In this document: positions 34,901-46,011 of the stretch, one piece after another
How positions within the stretch are numbered: the stretch's first letter is position 1
Layout: every line of letters begins with the position of its first letter
DNA from: Naegleria gruberi
Lineage: Eukaryota
Length of the DNA stretch: 64,000 bases
Reading direction: 5' to 3' (one strand)
Assembly: GCA_000004985.1 (NCBI GenBank)
Contig: GG738845.1
The notes under the pieces: generated by a model
What the model saw: only the letters and a program-made list of their open reading frames with translations
What the model was told of the DNA's origin: nothing
Databases searched by the model: none
Program-made: the position numbers and the translations under genes

Positions 34901-35436
34901 CAAAATAATGACTATAATTTGTAAAGATTCATAACTGTACCAATCAGATCCAAAAGTTCGGAGAGCTGATTGTGAAAAAATTACAATATCTCCAATTTTG
35001 GAAAAGTTAAATTCTAACAAAAAAACAAATAAATAAATGCAAAATACAGGAAATCCAACCTACCAGACTCAAAACTAATACTCAAAGTCCCATAAATTAT
35101 CGAATAACAATGGAACATCAAAAGTGACCATTGAGGAATAGGCGATTTCACTAACAAGGATAAAATCATCATTGAAAATTGTTCAATTTTGGCATTCACA
35201 TAACTTATCTTATCCATTGGATTAGCTGCAGACCCCTTTGATATATCGGAAGCTACATTGAGAGCAGAACGTGAGTCATCGAGCGAATTCCTTTGCCCAG
35301 TTTCATATTCTTTAAGGACTGGGGCTAAGAGTGGTGAACTGTTTCCTCCTGAGAGTGTATGAGGAGTGTTTCCTCCACTATTATTACTTGAAACACTTGT
35401 TGATATAGCGAGACTCCTCACTTTTTCTGCCATCAT
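28965..35436 (-). CDS. Polytopic membrane receptor-like nucleotidyl cyclase with PAS, class III cyclase and RGS domains plus a Q/N/T-rich tail (~2106 aa, 4 exons)
   Basis: Exon 1 is 35436..35064; the ATG follows an in-frame TTG at 35445. A 50-nt intron lies at 35063..35014 (GTAGGT...TTGTTAG). Exon 2 is 35013..30949. A 43-nt intron lies at 30948..30906 (GTAAGT...CCAAG). Exon 3 is 30905..30600. A 58-nt intron lies at 30599..30542 (GTAAGT...CAATTAG). Exon 4 is 30541..28965. Total coding length is 6321 nt, which is divisible by 3. There are at least 10 hydrophobic helices and a PAS-like segment (GAVDGVIVLKTNTTLVEIINQSACKMLGY...). The cyclase core is FDDVTCLYSDMVGFT...KIKTIGDAYFCVGG...IRIGIHSGPVIAGCIG...YDLWGETLTIAN/LMESKGIPGRIQVS. 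The RGS domain is split by intron 3: SFEAMFSN...AFINLFKEF...|SDILAFYLHAIEYKD...FPSFVKSKIFSKFL. Confidence 0.7.
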
Positions 35437-35998
35437 TTTGTCCAATAATAATATTTATATTAATATTTTACAAATGGAATTACAAATTCAGAAAGATATC
35501 TTTAACATGCAACAATATCGTTAGAATAATGTATTTCCTGACGGTGCGTTATTATTGGTTGTTGTTATGATGATGGAATTGAATAAACAAGGCAGCAAAC
35601 AACAACACTTGGCCTGAATATTTGATGAACCGATTTTGAGGCTGTTTTTCTCAAAAAGCTCTTAGAGGTTCAACCGAAGAGCCAATCGATAGGGAAGAGA
35701 AAATTGGCACACTCATCAAGAACCTCCTCTTAATAGAATGACCTCTCCGCAGAATTGACAAATTCAATCCTTACGTCCTGTTAAGGCATTGAAAAAATAT
35801 TGTGGCGAAATTGTTAAGCGTTGTTGTGTGACTAAATAAAGATGTGAATTAACCAAATATTAAAATATTTATATTAAGATTTTTGATTTAGTCTTTGATA
35901 AAATGTTGTTTTGAAATCATGGTTTTATTATTTTACAATTTAAACTCGCAGACTATATAGTTGTTGTGTTCCTTTTCTAAGCAAGAAATAGAACAATT

Positions 35999-36655
35999 TT
36001 ACATGAGGGAACAAACCTTAACCTTTCTCTTCTTCTTATTGGTTTGTTTGGATGTCTTATCTTCGGTAGGTTCATCCTCAACTTCACCATTTTCTACATC
36101 TTGGCTGTATCCTGCAATGAGTTTGACCAGAGATTTGAAAATCTCATCAATTCCAGTTCTAGTTCTGGCAGAGGCTTCAACATATCTACAGTATGGACCC
36201 ATTTGTTTGACAGCTGCTTCACATTCCTCCTTGGAAATGGCTCTCTCAGAAACCAAATCACACTTATTACCAACCAAAACAATTGGTACCTCATCAGATT
36301 CCTTGCTTCTTAACAATTGTTCATGAATATCCATGATATCAGTCAATGAACTTGGATCATTCAAGGCAAAGACAAGAACAAAACCATCTCCAGTTCTCAT
36401 ATATGAATCTCTCAAAGCAGAATACTCCTCCTGTCCAGCAGTATCAAGAATGTCCAACACCTTGACGACACCATCGACTTCAAAATGTTTTCTATATGAA
36501 TCCTCCTGAAATGAATGAGTTCTAAAAGAACTAACTGGACTACTTACAATTGTTGGATCGTATCTTTCAATAAAGCTTCCTTGAATGAACTGGATTGTGC
36601 AGGCTGTTTTGCCGACACCACCACTACCTAAAATAACTAACTTGTAATCACTCAT
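35999..36655 (-). CDS. Ras-family small GTPase (Ras/Rap-like) with a polybasic tail and CAAX box
   Basis: Exon 1 is 36655..36548 and exon 2 is 36505..35999. The 42-nt in-frame intron at 36547..36506 (GTAAGT...TTTCAG) restores the effector loop YDPTIEDSYRK. Motifs are GSGGVGKT, DTAGQEEY and NKCD, and the C terminus is KKKRKVKVCSLM. Confidence 0.8.
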   Translation of the reverse strand: MSDYKLVILGSGGVGKTACTIQFIQGSFIERYDPTIVSSPVSSFRTHSFQEDSYRKHFEVDGVVKVLDILDTAGQEEYSALRDSYMRTGDGFVLVFALNDPSSLTDIMDIHEQLLRSKESDEVPIVLVGNKCDLVSERAISKEECEAAVKQMGPYCRYVEASARTRTGIDEIFKSLVKLIAGYSQDVENGEVEDEPTEDKTSKQTNKKKRKVKVCSLM

Positions 36656-37349
36656 TGTTTCGTTTTTTTTTGGTTTTTAGTTTGGATGTGAGTGAACTTT
36701 GTACTCTTAAAATTAACAAAGCTTATTAATGAATGCGGAACAATGTTCCACCAATTTCATTTACAAGTTCAAACTTCAAAGTATTCGAATCCTTTCAAGT
36801 TGTCATTTTCTTTACAATATTTATCTTCTCTAATAGCATATTTTCAATTCAATTTATCACAATACTTCAATAATGCTTCATGTACCATTCCAATCATATT
36901 TAGCTACTTTATAATAATTGGAAGTATTATCTATTTAAGGATTGGAAATGTTACGTTTTCATGAAGCAAAGAATTTCAGAAGCAAAATTATCAAGAGAAA
37001 AATATTCGCACACTCACACATCTCCAAACATCATCAATTGTCTGACAAACAACAACAACAACTTTGAAGAAATAATACGGGTTGTATTACCATAGAGTTG
37101 TTATATTGATATAGAGTTGTTTTGGCCGATTTTTTGTTGTATAATATTATTCATCACCACCCACCCAGTATACTTCCCTCCCATCAAACAGTTAAAACAT
37201 TTAGCCTTTTGAGAGAAGAAACGAAAATATCGTTATCATCATCTCTTATATATTTATTATAATAGTAGTTTACTATTCAATTTTTGTTCTATTTGTGTTA
37301 GATCATCACTCTACAAATATTACTACTACCTATCTCTATCATCATCATT

Positions 37350-38765
37350 ATGAATTTTAATATTAAGAATATTGGAAATTTGTGGGATGAAATTTGTAAT
37401 TTAATAATTCGTCCACAAAGATGTATATATGAACCATCGATTGCTCTTGGTCCTAAATTATTTACTCTCGACAATCGTATATTTGAAAGAAAGGATTTTA
37501 CATTGACAAATTCTAGAGGAAAGACAATAGAATGCTCTCATTATCAACCAATAGAATCACAAAGAACTAAAGAACGATTACCATGTGTTATTTATTGTCA
37601 TGGTAACTGTGGATCTAGATGTGATGCTCTTGATGCTGTCAGGTAAGTTTCAATCATGAGAATCATCATCACCAACTGTCAACTTTTCAGTATTTTACTG
37701 CCATACAATATTACAGTATTTGCTTTTGATTTTACTGGATCTGGACTTTCTGAAGGTGACTATGTGTCACTGGGTTTTTATGAAAAGCAAGATGTTGGAA
37801 CAGTGGTGGAATATCTTTGGTCAACAAAGAGAGTAAGCAGAATTGGATTGTGGGGAAGATCTATGGGAGCAGCAACAAGTATCATGTATGCATCTACTGA
37901 TCAAAGTATTGCTGGTATTGTTGTTGACAGTCCATTCACATCTTTGGAAGATTTGTCAATGGAACTTGTTCACTCATACCAATCTTGGATACCAAAGAAA
38001 ATGATTAAAATGGGAATTAATTTAATAAGAAAGTCAATTATAGGAAAAGCAGGATTTGACATTAGAGCTTGTGGTCCATTGGAGTGTGCAGGTTCATGTT
38101 TTGTTCCAGGTTTATTTGCTCATGCTGAGAATGATGATTTTATCAAAATTCATCACTCTGAAAAGCTCTATGAAACCTATGCTGGAGACAAGAATATGAT
38201 TAGATTCGAGGGTGATCACAATAGTGCAAGACCAGATTTCATGTATGATTCAGTCTGTATATTTTTCTACAATGTCCTAGTTAGTAATGATAAGGAATTA
38301 GAAAATAAGGACATACCAAAGGGTTCAATGGCCCACAAGAATGATGTTGGAGTTGTCACAGATAAGGGAAGACAGAGTAAGTATACTTTTCAATCATGAT
38401 CTAATTGACCAATAATAGTTGCCATTGAAAATGGAGAAGCTGAATTTTTCGAGGAATATTTTGAATCTGATCCAAACAAGAAAACAGCAAACAAGATTGC
38501 AATTCCAAGAGATCCATCCCATGCCAATCATGATTCCTTCCTCCAATCACCTTCCTATCCACAAATGATTGTACCAAGTTCACTAAATGATAAATATGAA
38601 GGGGTGGGAACAAGCGACGAGGATGAAATGCTTTTCAGAGCACTAATTGAAAGTGTAAAGGAAGAACTCAATGTCTGTAAAGATGAAAACGAGAAGAAGG
38701 AGCTAGAGATAAGGCTCAAAGAGCTTTATGAACAAGCCAAAGATCATTCCCTTAAAATTGTATAA
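37350..38765 (+). CDS. Alpha/beta-hydrolase, BEM46/ABHD13/ABHD17-like serine hydrolase (3 exons, ~441 aa)
   Basis: The exons are 37350..37642, 37691..38376 and 38419..38765. The introns are 48 nt (37643..37690, GTAAGT...TTTTCAG) and 42 nt (38377..38418, GTAAGT...ATAATAG). Motifs are HGNCGSR, FDFTGSGLSEG and the nucleophile GRSMG. Confidence 0.7.
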
Positions 38766-38870
38766 AAAAAACTAATATTCACATTATCTCTTTTCTATTT
38801 GATCGATGTTTTATCTTCACCAATAATATTGAGATGAGCTTATTGTCACTGAAATGTCTAGGATTTGAAT

Positions 38871-38882
38871 AATGGCGCCAGC
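38871..38882. promoter_or_regulatory. Weaker E2F-like core AATGGCGCCAGC in the intergenic region between the hydrolase and Pcf11 genes
   Basis: Read directly from the sequence; the flanks are less canonical. Confidence 0.3.
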
Positions 38883-39158
38883 AACAAATTGTTTTTTTAA
38901 TTTTAATTTTAAAAAAAATATCATCACGACATACGTTCCTGCCTGCCGGAAGCGAAAAATCACCAACATCATTGAACCATCACTGTTTTTTTTGGAGTGT
39001 ATTTGTTGAGAAAAAGATATTTGAAGATTTGGATTAAAGAAGGCGGAATCAATTATTGGACATATTCGGATATTCTGCAATACAAATCTACTAAATTGTA
39101 TAAACATTTAAAATAGTGTATATATTGTTGTTATAATAATACAAAGTAAATTATAAAA

Positions 39159-40689
39159 ATGTCAAACTTACCAGAAGTTGTGCAAGATTTTAGTGAAGCT
39201 CTTCAGACTGATCTTAAAACAGCTGATAGCATGCAAATTTATGTGTTAACAGAAATTGCACAAGATAACATTGAATATGCTAAGGAAATATCTAAAGTAA
39301 TTTGTACTAGAATTAATACTGTACGTACAGTTGTTGTTGTTGTGAATTAATTAATATTCGGAATTTATTTGGATCTTGTTTTATAATAATTATTAGGCTC
39401 CAACTGGAGAGAAACTCTATGCTCTCTACCTTTTGGATTCTATAGCAAAAAAGATTGGAGGACCATACATACAAGAATTTTCGAAAAGTATTTCAGACGT
39501 ATTTTTCTATGCATATAAACAAAACAAAGACATTCCAAACTCTAAGAAATCATATTTAAAACTCCTCTCAACCTGGGGAGAAGTATTTGGAGAAGAAAAA
39601 GCAAAGGAAATTAAGAATAGAATTGATGTTGCAGAAGGAGGAGGACAAAGAGTTGTCCAACAACCACCAAAACAACAGCCACAATCATCAAATAGTGGAA
39701 TGAAACGAGTTGGATCTTCATCTGATGTAGGTTTATTAATTGTACTACTATTTATTAATATTTCATATTTCAATTCTTTAAAAACTGAATAGCAATCCGA
39801 ACAAGCTCTTTTAGGAACACTTCTTGAAAAATTACAAAGAAATCCTGAATTAATCAATGATCCTCAAACAGCATCTTTGTTTAAACAATTGACATCTAAA
39901 ATGAGCATTAATCTTCCTCAACAAATTGGGAGACCTAATCCATATGCTCCTCCAAATCAAACAACCAGTGTCAACATTAATAATAACCCATATTCGGGAA
40001 ATTCCTCAAAAAACACACAACAAACAAATCAATTTTCAAATATTCCCTCAACCCATTCCATGATGCAAAGCTCCTCTCAGCAACAATCCAATAAACCATC
40101 ATCTAATCCAGTGCATCGACTGTATGAGGCACTCACTAAACAGTGCATGAACTGTGGAGTGAGATTCTCATCCCAGAAACAACTTGGAGAACATTTAGAT
40201 GTTCACCAAAGAAAGAATCAATTCTTTAGAAATAATAAGGATTTATCGAGAAAGTGGTACTCTGGGGAAGATGAATGGATAAAGCTAAGGGATAATGACG
40301 AAACCGAAGCAATTCAATGCCCTGGAGCAATTATATTTGGTGATTCAGAATCATTTAATCCTCAATCTCTCACCAAAACAGCCTCAACAACCGCCCTCTC
40401 AGCAGTCGATTTCTTTGCTACTTTCAATACCAACAAGTCCAAACCTAAAGATGTGAATGAAGGTAGTGGCGAAATTGTTGCCGACACTGAACAAGACACA
40501 TGTCCAGTTTGTCATGAGGAATTAGAAAAGTTCTACAATTCAGAGACAGCAGAATGGATGCTGAAAGGTGCTGTGTATGATGAATCATGCAACCTCTACG
40601 TTCACCAGAATTGCCTTTCCTCTTCGCACAAGAGAAAATCAGATGGAGATGCAGGAGGTTTCAATAAAAAAGTAAAGCAAGAGTTCTAG
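39159..40689 (+). CDS. pcf11: Pcf11-like pre-mRNA cleavage/polyadenylation factor (CID domain plus zinc fingers)
   Basis: The exons are 39159..39320, 39397..39726 and 39793..40689. The introns are 76 nt (GTACGT...TATTAG) and 66 nt (GTAGGT...GAATAG). The CID is ...KLYALYLLDSIAKKIGGPYIQEF.... Zinc fingers CMNCGVRF...HLDVH and CPVCHEE...HQNC follow. Confidence 0.65.
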
Positions 40690-40791
40690 ATGCTAATAGA
40701 AATATGAAGTATTTGAGGTTATTGAAGATCGTGGAAAATTAACCTTAAAGTATGAAATGTAAAAATAAAGTAATTTAATGAAGTAGTAAGT

Positions 40792-42000
40792 TTACTCATT
40801 TTCCATCCCTCTGAGAGTGGCCAACATTTTTAATTTTTCAAGCATTTGCTTTTGTTCAGTTGGAGCAACACCAGATTCCTTTTGTTGCTGTCTTATTAAT
40901 TTGTTTCTATTATAATTTTCAACAACACGTTGTCTTTCAGCTTCTCTTTGCTTTTCCAAGGCAATATCCTCTTCCTTCTTTTCCTTAATCTTCTTTTCCA
41001 AGTTTCCTCTCAATTTACTGAGACGAGGTGGTTCTTGAGCAACTTCACCAAATGCAACTTCATCTCTCTTTTCTTCCATCAAATCTTCAGAATCATAGCC
41101 AACTTCATCTGCAACTTCGTCCTTTCCAAGAGACAGAAGAGTTTCGTTACGTTTTCTTTCATTCTTTCCGTATTCCTTTTCATCCAAAAATTCGTCAAGA
41201 TCTTCAAATTTAGCATTCTTCATCTTGTGTTTCTTGACCTTTGATTTATCAAGAGCTGTTTCTTGAGCTAATTTCTTCTTTAATTTCTTCAAAGCTTCCT
41301 TTTCCTTCTTCATCTTGAAATAGACCTTCTTTTTAAGTTTGGCCTTGGTTGTTTCATTTGGTAAAGTTGAAAGTCCTTTAAGTGATTCTGGAACAAGATC
41401 CAAATTACCAGTCTTAATGGCAGTAACTAGAGCACCTCGAGTATTTGTGAACACATTCATTGATTTTCCTGCATTTTGTCTTCTTACAGTTCCATCATCA
41501 GATGATCCATTATTTACACTATTAGCAGTAGCAGTGGTAGATCTATTAGTGACAGTACTGCCATCAGTCGATGTCACCACTTCCACATTTGATGCAAAAA
41601 CAGCAGATGTATTCTTTTCAACTTTTCTTTGTTTGGCTGATTTTTCCACAATCGGTCCATTTCCATTATCAATATTCAATCTTCTCTTTTTTGTTGTTGA
41701 AGCATTATTCGTAGTAGTAGTAGATGCTGGAGGAGCATTCTTTGATTGTGCAATAAAATCCATAATAGCCTTATTCTTATTCGACACATAACGATCCTCT
41801 CTTCCTTTGATTGGTTTATTTAATCCCTTCTCGAATTGTTCTTCATAAACCCTAGCAGATTCATCCACATCCTTTGAAGCCATAATTCCGATATTTTCCA
41901 ATCGTTGGGCCTTTTTGGTTGATGCCGCTTTTCGTGACTTTTCCAATTCTTTTCTGTTTTTGCCTCTACGAAGCAAACCTCTCTGCATATTTCTGCCCAT
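40792..42000 (-). CDS. Basic K/E-rich protein, probably a nucleolar or ribosome-biogenesis-type factor (402 aa)
   Basis: It starts MGRNMQRGLLRRGKNRK, has poly-K/E stretches and a charged coiled-coil C terminus. I cannot assign a family confidently. Confidence 0.4.
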   Translation of the reverse strand: MGRNMQRGLLRRGKNRKELEKSRKAASTKKAQRLENIGIMASKDVDESARVYEEQFEKGLNKPIKGREDRYVSNKNKAIMDFIAQSKNAPPASTTTTNNASTTKKRRLNIDNGNGPIVEKSAKQRKVEKNTSAVFASNVEVVTSTDGSTVTNRSTTATANSVNNGSSDDGTVRRQNAGKSMNVFTNTRGALVTAIKTGNLDLVPESLKGLSTLPNETTKAKLKKKVYFKMKKEKEALKKLKKKLAQETALDKSKVKKHKMKNAKFEDLDEFLDEKEYGKNERKRNETLLSLGKDEVADEVGYDSEDLMEEKRDEVAFGEVAQEPPRLSKLRGNLEKKIKEKKEEDIALEKQREAERQRVVENYNRNKLIRQQQKESGVAPTEQKQMLEKLKMLATLRGMENE

Positions 42001-42207
42001 TTTTTTCTACTTTGTGTTTTTGAAGTTTTTCACCACAAAAAAATTTTGAAGTTTTCTTGATAATTTGAACATGTGATGATTATGTGGTCAATTTTGAAAC
42101 GATTTCAAAGTTTTAGAGAGCTTGAAGAAATGTTTGAGGCAAATTGCAAATAAAATTAATAGGAGAAGGATTAGGTTAAAATCTAGTTGTTGTTGTTGGT
42201 ATTTATT

Positions 42208-43653
42208 CTAGTTGAAAACAATGCTGTAGGTCTCTCTTGGATCCTTGAATGGACAATTGCAAACCTGAACGACAACACCTTCGTCATCGGTCTCTTCTTT
42301 TTGTAATGGTTTATGTTCCTCAGGGAATCTCAAATGCTTCAACCAGAAAGATCTATCAAAGCTCTTCAGGAAATTATATTCTAATGGATGATTTCTATCA
42401 AATTGATGATCAATGTCGAAAAGCTCTGAAACAAATGTATCCAATTCAAGATGGGTTTTAAAAACCTTTTCAGATTCTGCTCTGTTAAATTTCTTTTTAA
42501 AAGCAGAATCCATTTTGAAAACAAGATCACATTTGCCTCTCGTTCTCATATCTTTCAAAAATTCAGCCATTGGACCTTGATATAATTTATCCTTGGAGAC
42601 TCCAATTGCATGGAGAACACTATCAACAAAATCTTGACAATTACCAAATTTACCAGTTCCACCATGATCTTTGTAAAACATGAGTGTATTCCATCTGATA
42701 ATAACATCAGCCAATTTTGAAACTAGAACATCCAAACTTTCATCAAGTGTTATTGATCCCAAATCAGCAGTAATGAGAGAAGCAGTACTGACACATTTTC
42801 TTGGCTATTTCAATATTTCACATAATTATTCGTATTAAATGAAAGTAAACCACTTACCACACACAATGCACTATTGTTGTATTCCAATTTCCATGGACCT
42901 ATCAGTAAGGCGCTGTGAAACATGCCGAGTCTATAAACAGGTTTGAATTATTCAATTAGTAAAATGATAAGTGTTAAAAATTTCTTCCACAGATATATTA
43001 TTAGAAACTTACTCTGGGAATGTATCATCAAAGGCAGAGACAACTGGTGAAATTAAACGTCTAATAGCTCTCTTTGAAGCAGTATGAGAAACCTCCGAAA
43101 CAATAAACTTAATCTTGATTTTAGCTTGTCCCATATTAATAATGTCAGGATTTTCTTCTTGTTCAACGACTCCCAATTCATCTTCGTCATCAACTTCATT
43201 GTTTGTCACCACGCCGACATCAGCAACAGCTGTTGATTGACTGACAGTACTTTGAAGTGCACTAGTCGATCTTTCACATTGACTCATCATTTCCATTGTT
43301 AATTTCTTAGTTTCTGCCCAGTCAGTTGTCAAATAAGTTTTAATTAATTCATCTTTAACACAGAGAGCATCTCTAAATTTCTCCAACAATGGTCTATTAT
43401 GTTTTAATTTGGCACTGTAAATATCATTGGTAAGTAATTTTTCTTCAACAATTTTCTTCATGTCTCCTAATGAAGGAAGAGGAAACTTGAGAATTTCTTC
43501 CCATTGTTGTTGAGTAGTGTTGTTATTTGTATTAGAAGTAGTAGTAGTTGTAGAAGTTGTATTGGAATTAGTTGGCTGTGTAGCAATATTATGTTTAGTT
43601 TCGATATTGTTGATATCGTCCCTTCCGTCTCTTTTTGAATTTTTACTTCCCAT
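42208..43653 (-). CDS. PPPDE/DeSI-type putative deSUMOylating/deubiquitinating peptidase with an N-terminal MGxxxS myristoylation motif and a T/N-rich linker (3 exons, ~436 aa)
   Basis: Exon 1 is 43653..43013; the ATG follows the TTG at 43665. An 82-nt intron lies at 43012..42931 (GTAAGT...TTTATAG). Exon 2 is 42930..42858 and encodes LGMFHSALLIGPWKLEYNNS, the catalytic His region. A 53-nt intron lies at 42857..42805 (GTAAGT...GAAATAG). Exon 3 is 42804..42208 and carries the catalytic Cys box KFGNCQDFVDSVLHAIGV. Confidence 0.65.
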
Positions 43654-44372
43654 GATGATGATCAAATTAAATTTTACTCTCTTTTAATTGAATTGTGGTG
43701 GTGGGTAAATTTCTTTGATTATCGTTTTTTTTCTCTCTTTTCGATAATGTCTTTTCGACTTTTTTATGAAGAGACTTTCATCCAATCATTTGAAGAGATA
43801 ATGATGAGAAGTGGATGTTGTGAGAAAATCAGGATTGAATGGTTTACCAAGGCTTGTATCGAGTTCCTTCTTCCAAGGATATTAAAAAGTTATTTTTAGA
43901 TAATTAAAAACATTTGTGAAATCGTGTGTAAAAAAGTTCTGATAATGAAAGATTTGATGATCGAACAGATTGGTTGTAAAAAATTATGGGGAATTGATGG
44001 TTTTCAATAGGAATGAGTTTTTTAAACCATGATGAAGGAATTTTGAAGAAGGTAACACCCATGATGATGAATTTGTGGTTTTTTATTGAAAATCAAACAG
44101 TAAGTGCTGACGAGTTCTAGTATTAGGCTAAACTAGATCAAGTCCCTTGATGTTCCAAACTACGGTTTTTTTTTGATTCCTTCCAATTATTAAAAAGGCT
44201 TTTCAAATTGGTTACTAATGAATGATGGATTAACTCTTGGTTCATTATAGATTATGATTAAGGAGCAAATAAGAATCATTAAACTAGTGAGTTGATATTT
44301 TCCCAGTTTTTCTCTCACTATCATCAATTCTTGTTCAAATATTTAATTGATTTTAAAAAAAATTGGAAAAAA

Positions 44373-45695
44373 ATGCAACAATTTCTTGCTAAACAAAAAC
44401 AACGTGACCAACAAAAGGAACAAGAAAACCGGAAAGATAGAGAAGAATGGAGACAACGTAGTAAAAAGACACCAACAACAACAACAACACCCGGTAAATC
44501 ATTGATATCATCGACCTCACAAGCTTCAACAACCACAACAACCTCAAGTAGTAATACTCTCTTTTTAAATGGAGCCAAATCATTCCGTATGAGAATAATA
44601 TTATCAACCATTTCTAATAGACCAATTCAAATTAGTAATATCAGACCAAATCATGGTGGTATTAGAGAATTTGAACGTAATTTCCTTCTTTTGATTGATA
44701 AAATTACTAAAGGAAGTAAAATAGAAATTGATTCAACAGGTACAAGAGTTAGCTATAAACCAGGTGTTATTGTTGGAAGTGGAATTGGTTCATTGGCTTT
44801 TGATTGTGGATTAGAACGTGGTATTGGATATTATATTGAAGCTTTAATTTGTCTTTGTCCATTTGGAAAAACATCATCTGATATCTTATTAAAAGGTATT
44901 ACAAATCATCCATTAGATGTTTCAGTTGATATGTATCGTAATTGTACACTTCACTTGTTCGATCATTTTACGAAAAAACAAAATCAACCAGTTGCCCCAA
45001 TTAGTTTACAAATTTTGAAGAGAGGTGCTTTACCATTAGGTGGAGGTGAAGTCAGATTTGAATGCCCAATGGTTAAGGATCAATTAAATCCAATTCAAGT
45101 TCTTGATGAAGGTATGATTAAGAGAGTTAGAGGTATTGCATATAGTACACGTGTTGCACCAACTGTTAGTAATAGACTTGTTGATGGTGCCAGACAAATG
45201 TTAAATTTATACATTCCTGATATTTGGATTCACACAGATCACTATGGTGGTAAAACAAGTGGTTCATCTCCTGGTTGGGCTATTTATTTACAAGCTGAAA
45301 CTGACACTGGTTGTAGAATCACAACTGAATATGTTCCAGATCAAACACACGAAGTTATTCCAACTAGTAAGGATTTAAGTGGAGATTCTGAATGGATGAA
45401 AATACCTGAAGATGTTGGTAAACATTGTGCTAAATTATTATTTGAAGAAATTCACAAAGGTGGTTGTGTTGATTCAATTAATCAGTGGTATATGCTTTAT
45501 TTAATGGCTTTAACTAGTGAAGATGTTTCAAAGATTAGAATTGGAAAACTTAACTCTTATTCAATTGCTTATCTGAGACATTTAAAGGACTTTTTGGGTG
45601 TTGTTTTCAAGATTACTCCTGAGCATGATTCACGAACAATTGTTTTGAGTTGTGTTGGTAGTGGTTATAAGAACATTGCTAGAAAGAGTAATTAA
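44373..45695 (+). CDS. rcl1: RNA 3'-terminal phosphate cyclase-like protein (RCL1/RtcA family)
   Basis: The ATG is at 44373; the track start at 44292 is an upstream TTG. The core is FRMRIILSTISNRPIQISNIRPNHGGIREFE...GSKIEIDSTGTRVSYKPG.... Confidence 0.7.
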   Translation: MQQFLAKQKQRDQQKEQENRKDREEWRQRSKKTPTTTTTPGKSLISSTSQASTTTTTSSSNTLFLNGAKSFRMRIILSTISNRPIQISNIRPNHGGIREFERNFLLLIDKITKGSKIEIDSTGTRVSYKPGVIVGSGIGSLAFDCGLERGIGYYIEALICLCPFGKTSSDILLKGITNHPLDVSVDMYRNCTLHLFDHFTKKQNQPVAPISLQILKRGALPLGGGEVRFECPMVKDQLNPIQVLDEGMIKRVRGIAYSTRVAPTVSNRLVDGARQMLNLYIPDIWIHTDHYGGKTSGSSPGWAIYLQAETDTGCRITTEYVPDQTHEVIPTSKDLSGDSEWMKIPEDVGKHCAKLLFEEIHKGGCVDSINQWYMLYLMALTSEDVSKIRIGKLNSYSIAYLRHLKDFLGVVFKITPEHDSRTIVLSCVGSGYKNIARKSN

Positions 45696-45820
45696 AGTTT
45701 ATTTTTATTTACTTTTTGAGTTTTTATTAAGGTCAATTCTTTAGCAAACACCAATTATCACTCACTTCATTGGACAATAAAACTGTGATAATATTTGCAC
45801 ATTTTAAAAATAAATTTAAA

Positions 45821-45834
45821 AAAAAGGCGCCAAC
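45821..45834. promoter_or_regulatory. E2F-like site AAAAAGGCGCCAAC upstream of the PP2A B'' gene
   Basis: Read directly from the sequence. Confidence 0.4.
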
Positions 45835-46011
45835 ACAAACGTTTAATTAAACAAAAAAATATTTAATTGTGTTCATCTTAACGGTCGAAATATCCTTTTC
45901 TCCCCATTGAAAATATTGTTTTCATCCAACGGCCTCGTTCCGGAACTTGCAATATCTAGAAGAATTAAAGCAACTTTTAAAGTAGATATCCTACAAAGTA
46001 GCCGATAGACG

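Noticed and set aside
37656-37690. Track start codon at 37656 for the second hydrolase ORF
   Set aside because: That ATG lies inside the 48-nt intron 37643..37690. The real gene starts at 37350.
43693-43899. ORF 43693..43899 (+) in the divergent spacer between the PPPDE and RCL1 genes
   Set aside because: It lies in a promoter region with poly-T tracts and has W/F-rich nonsense composition with no support.
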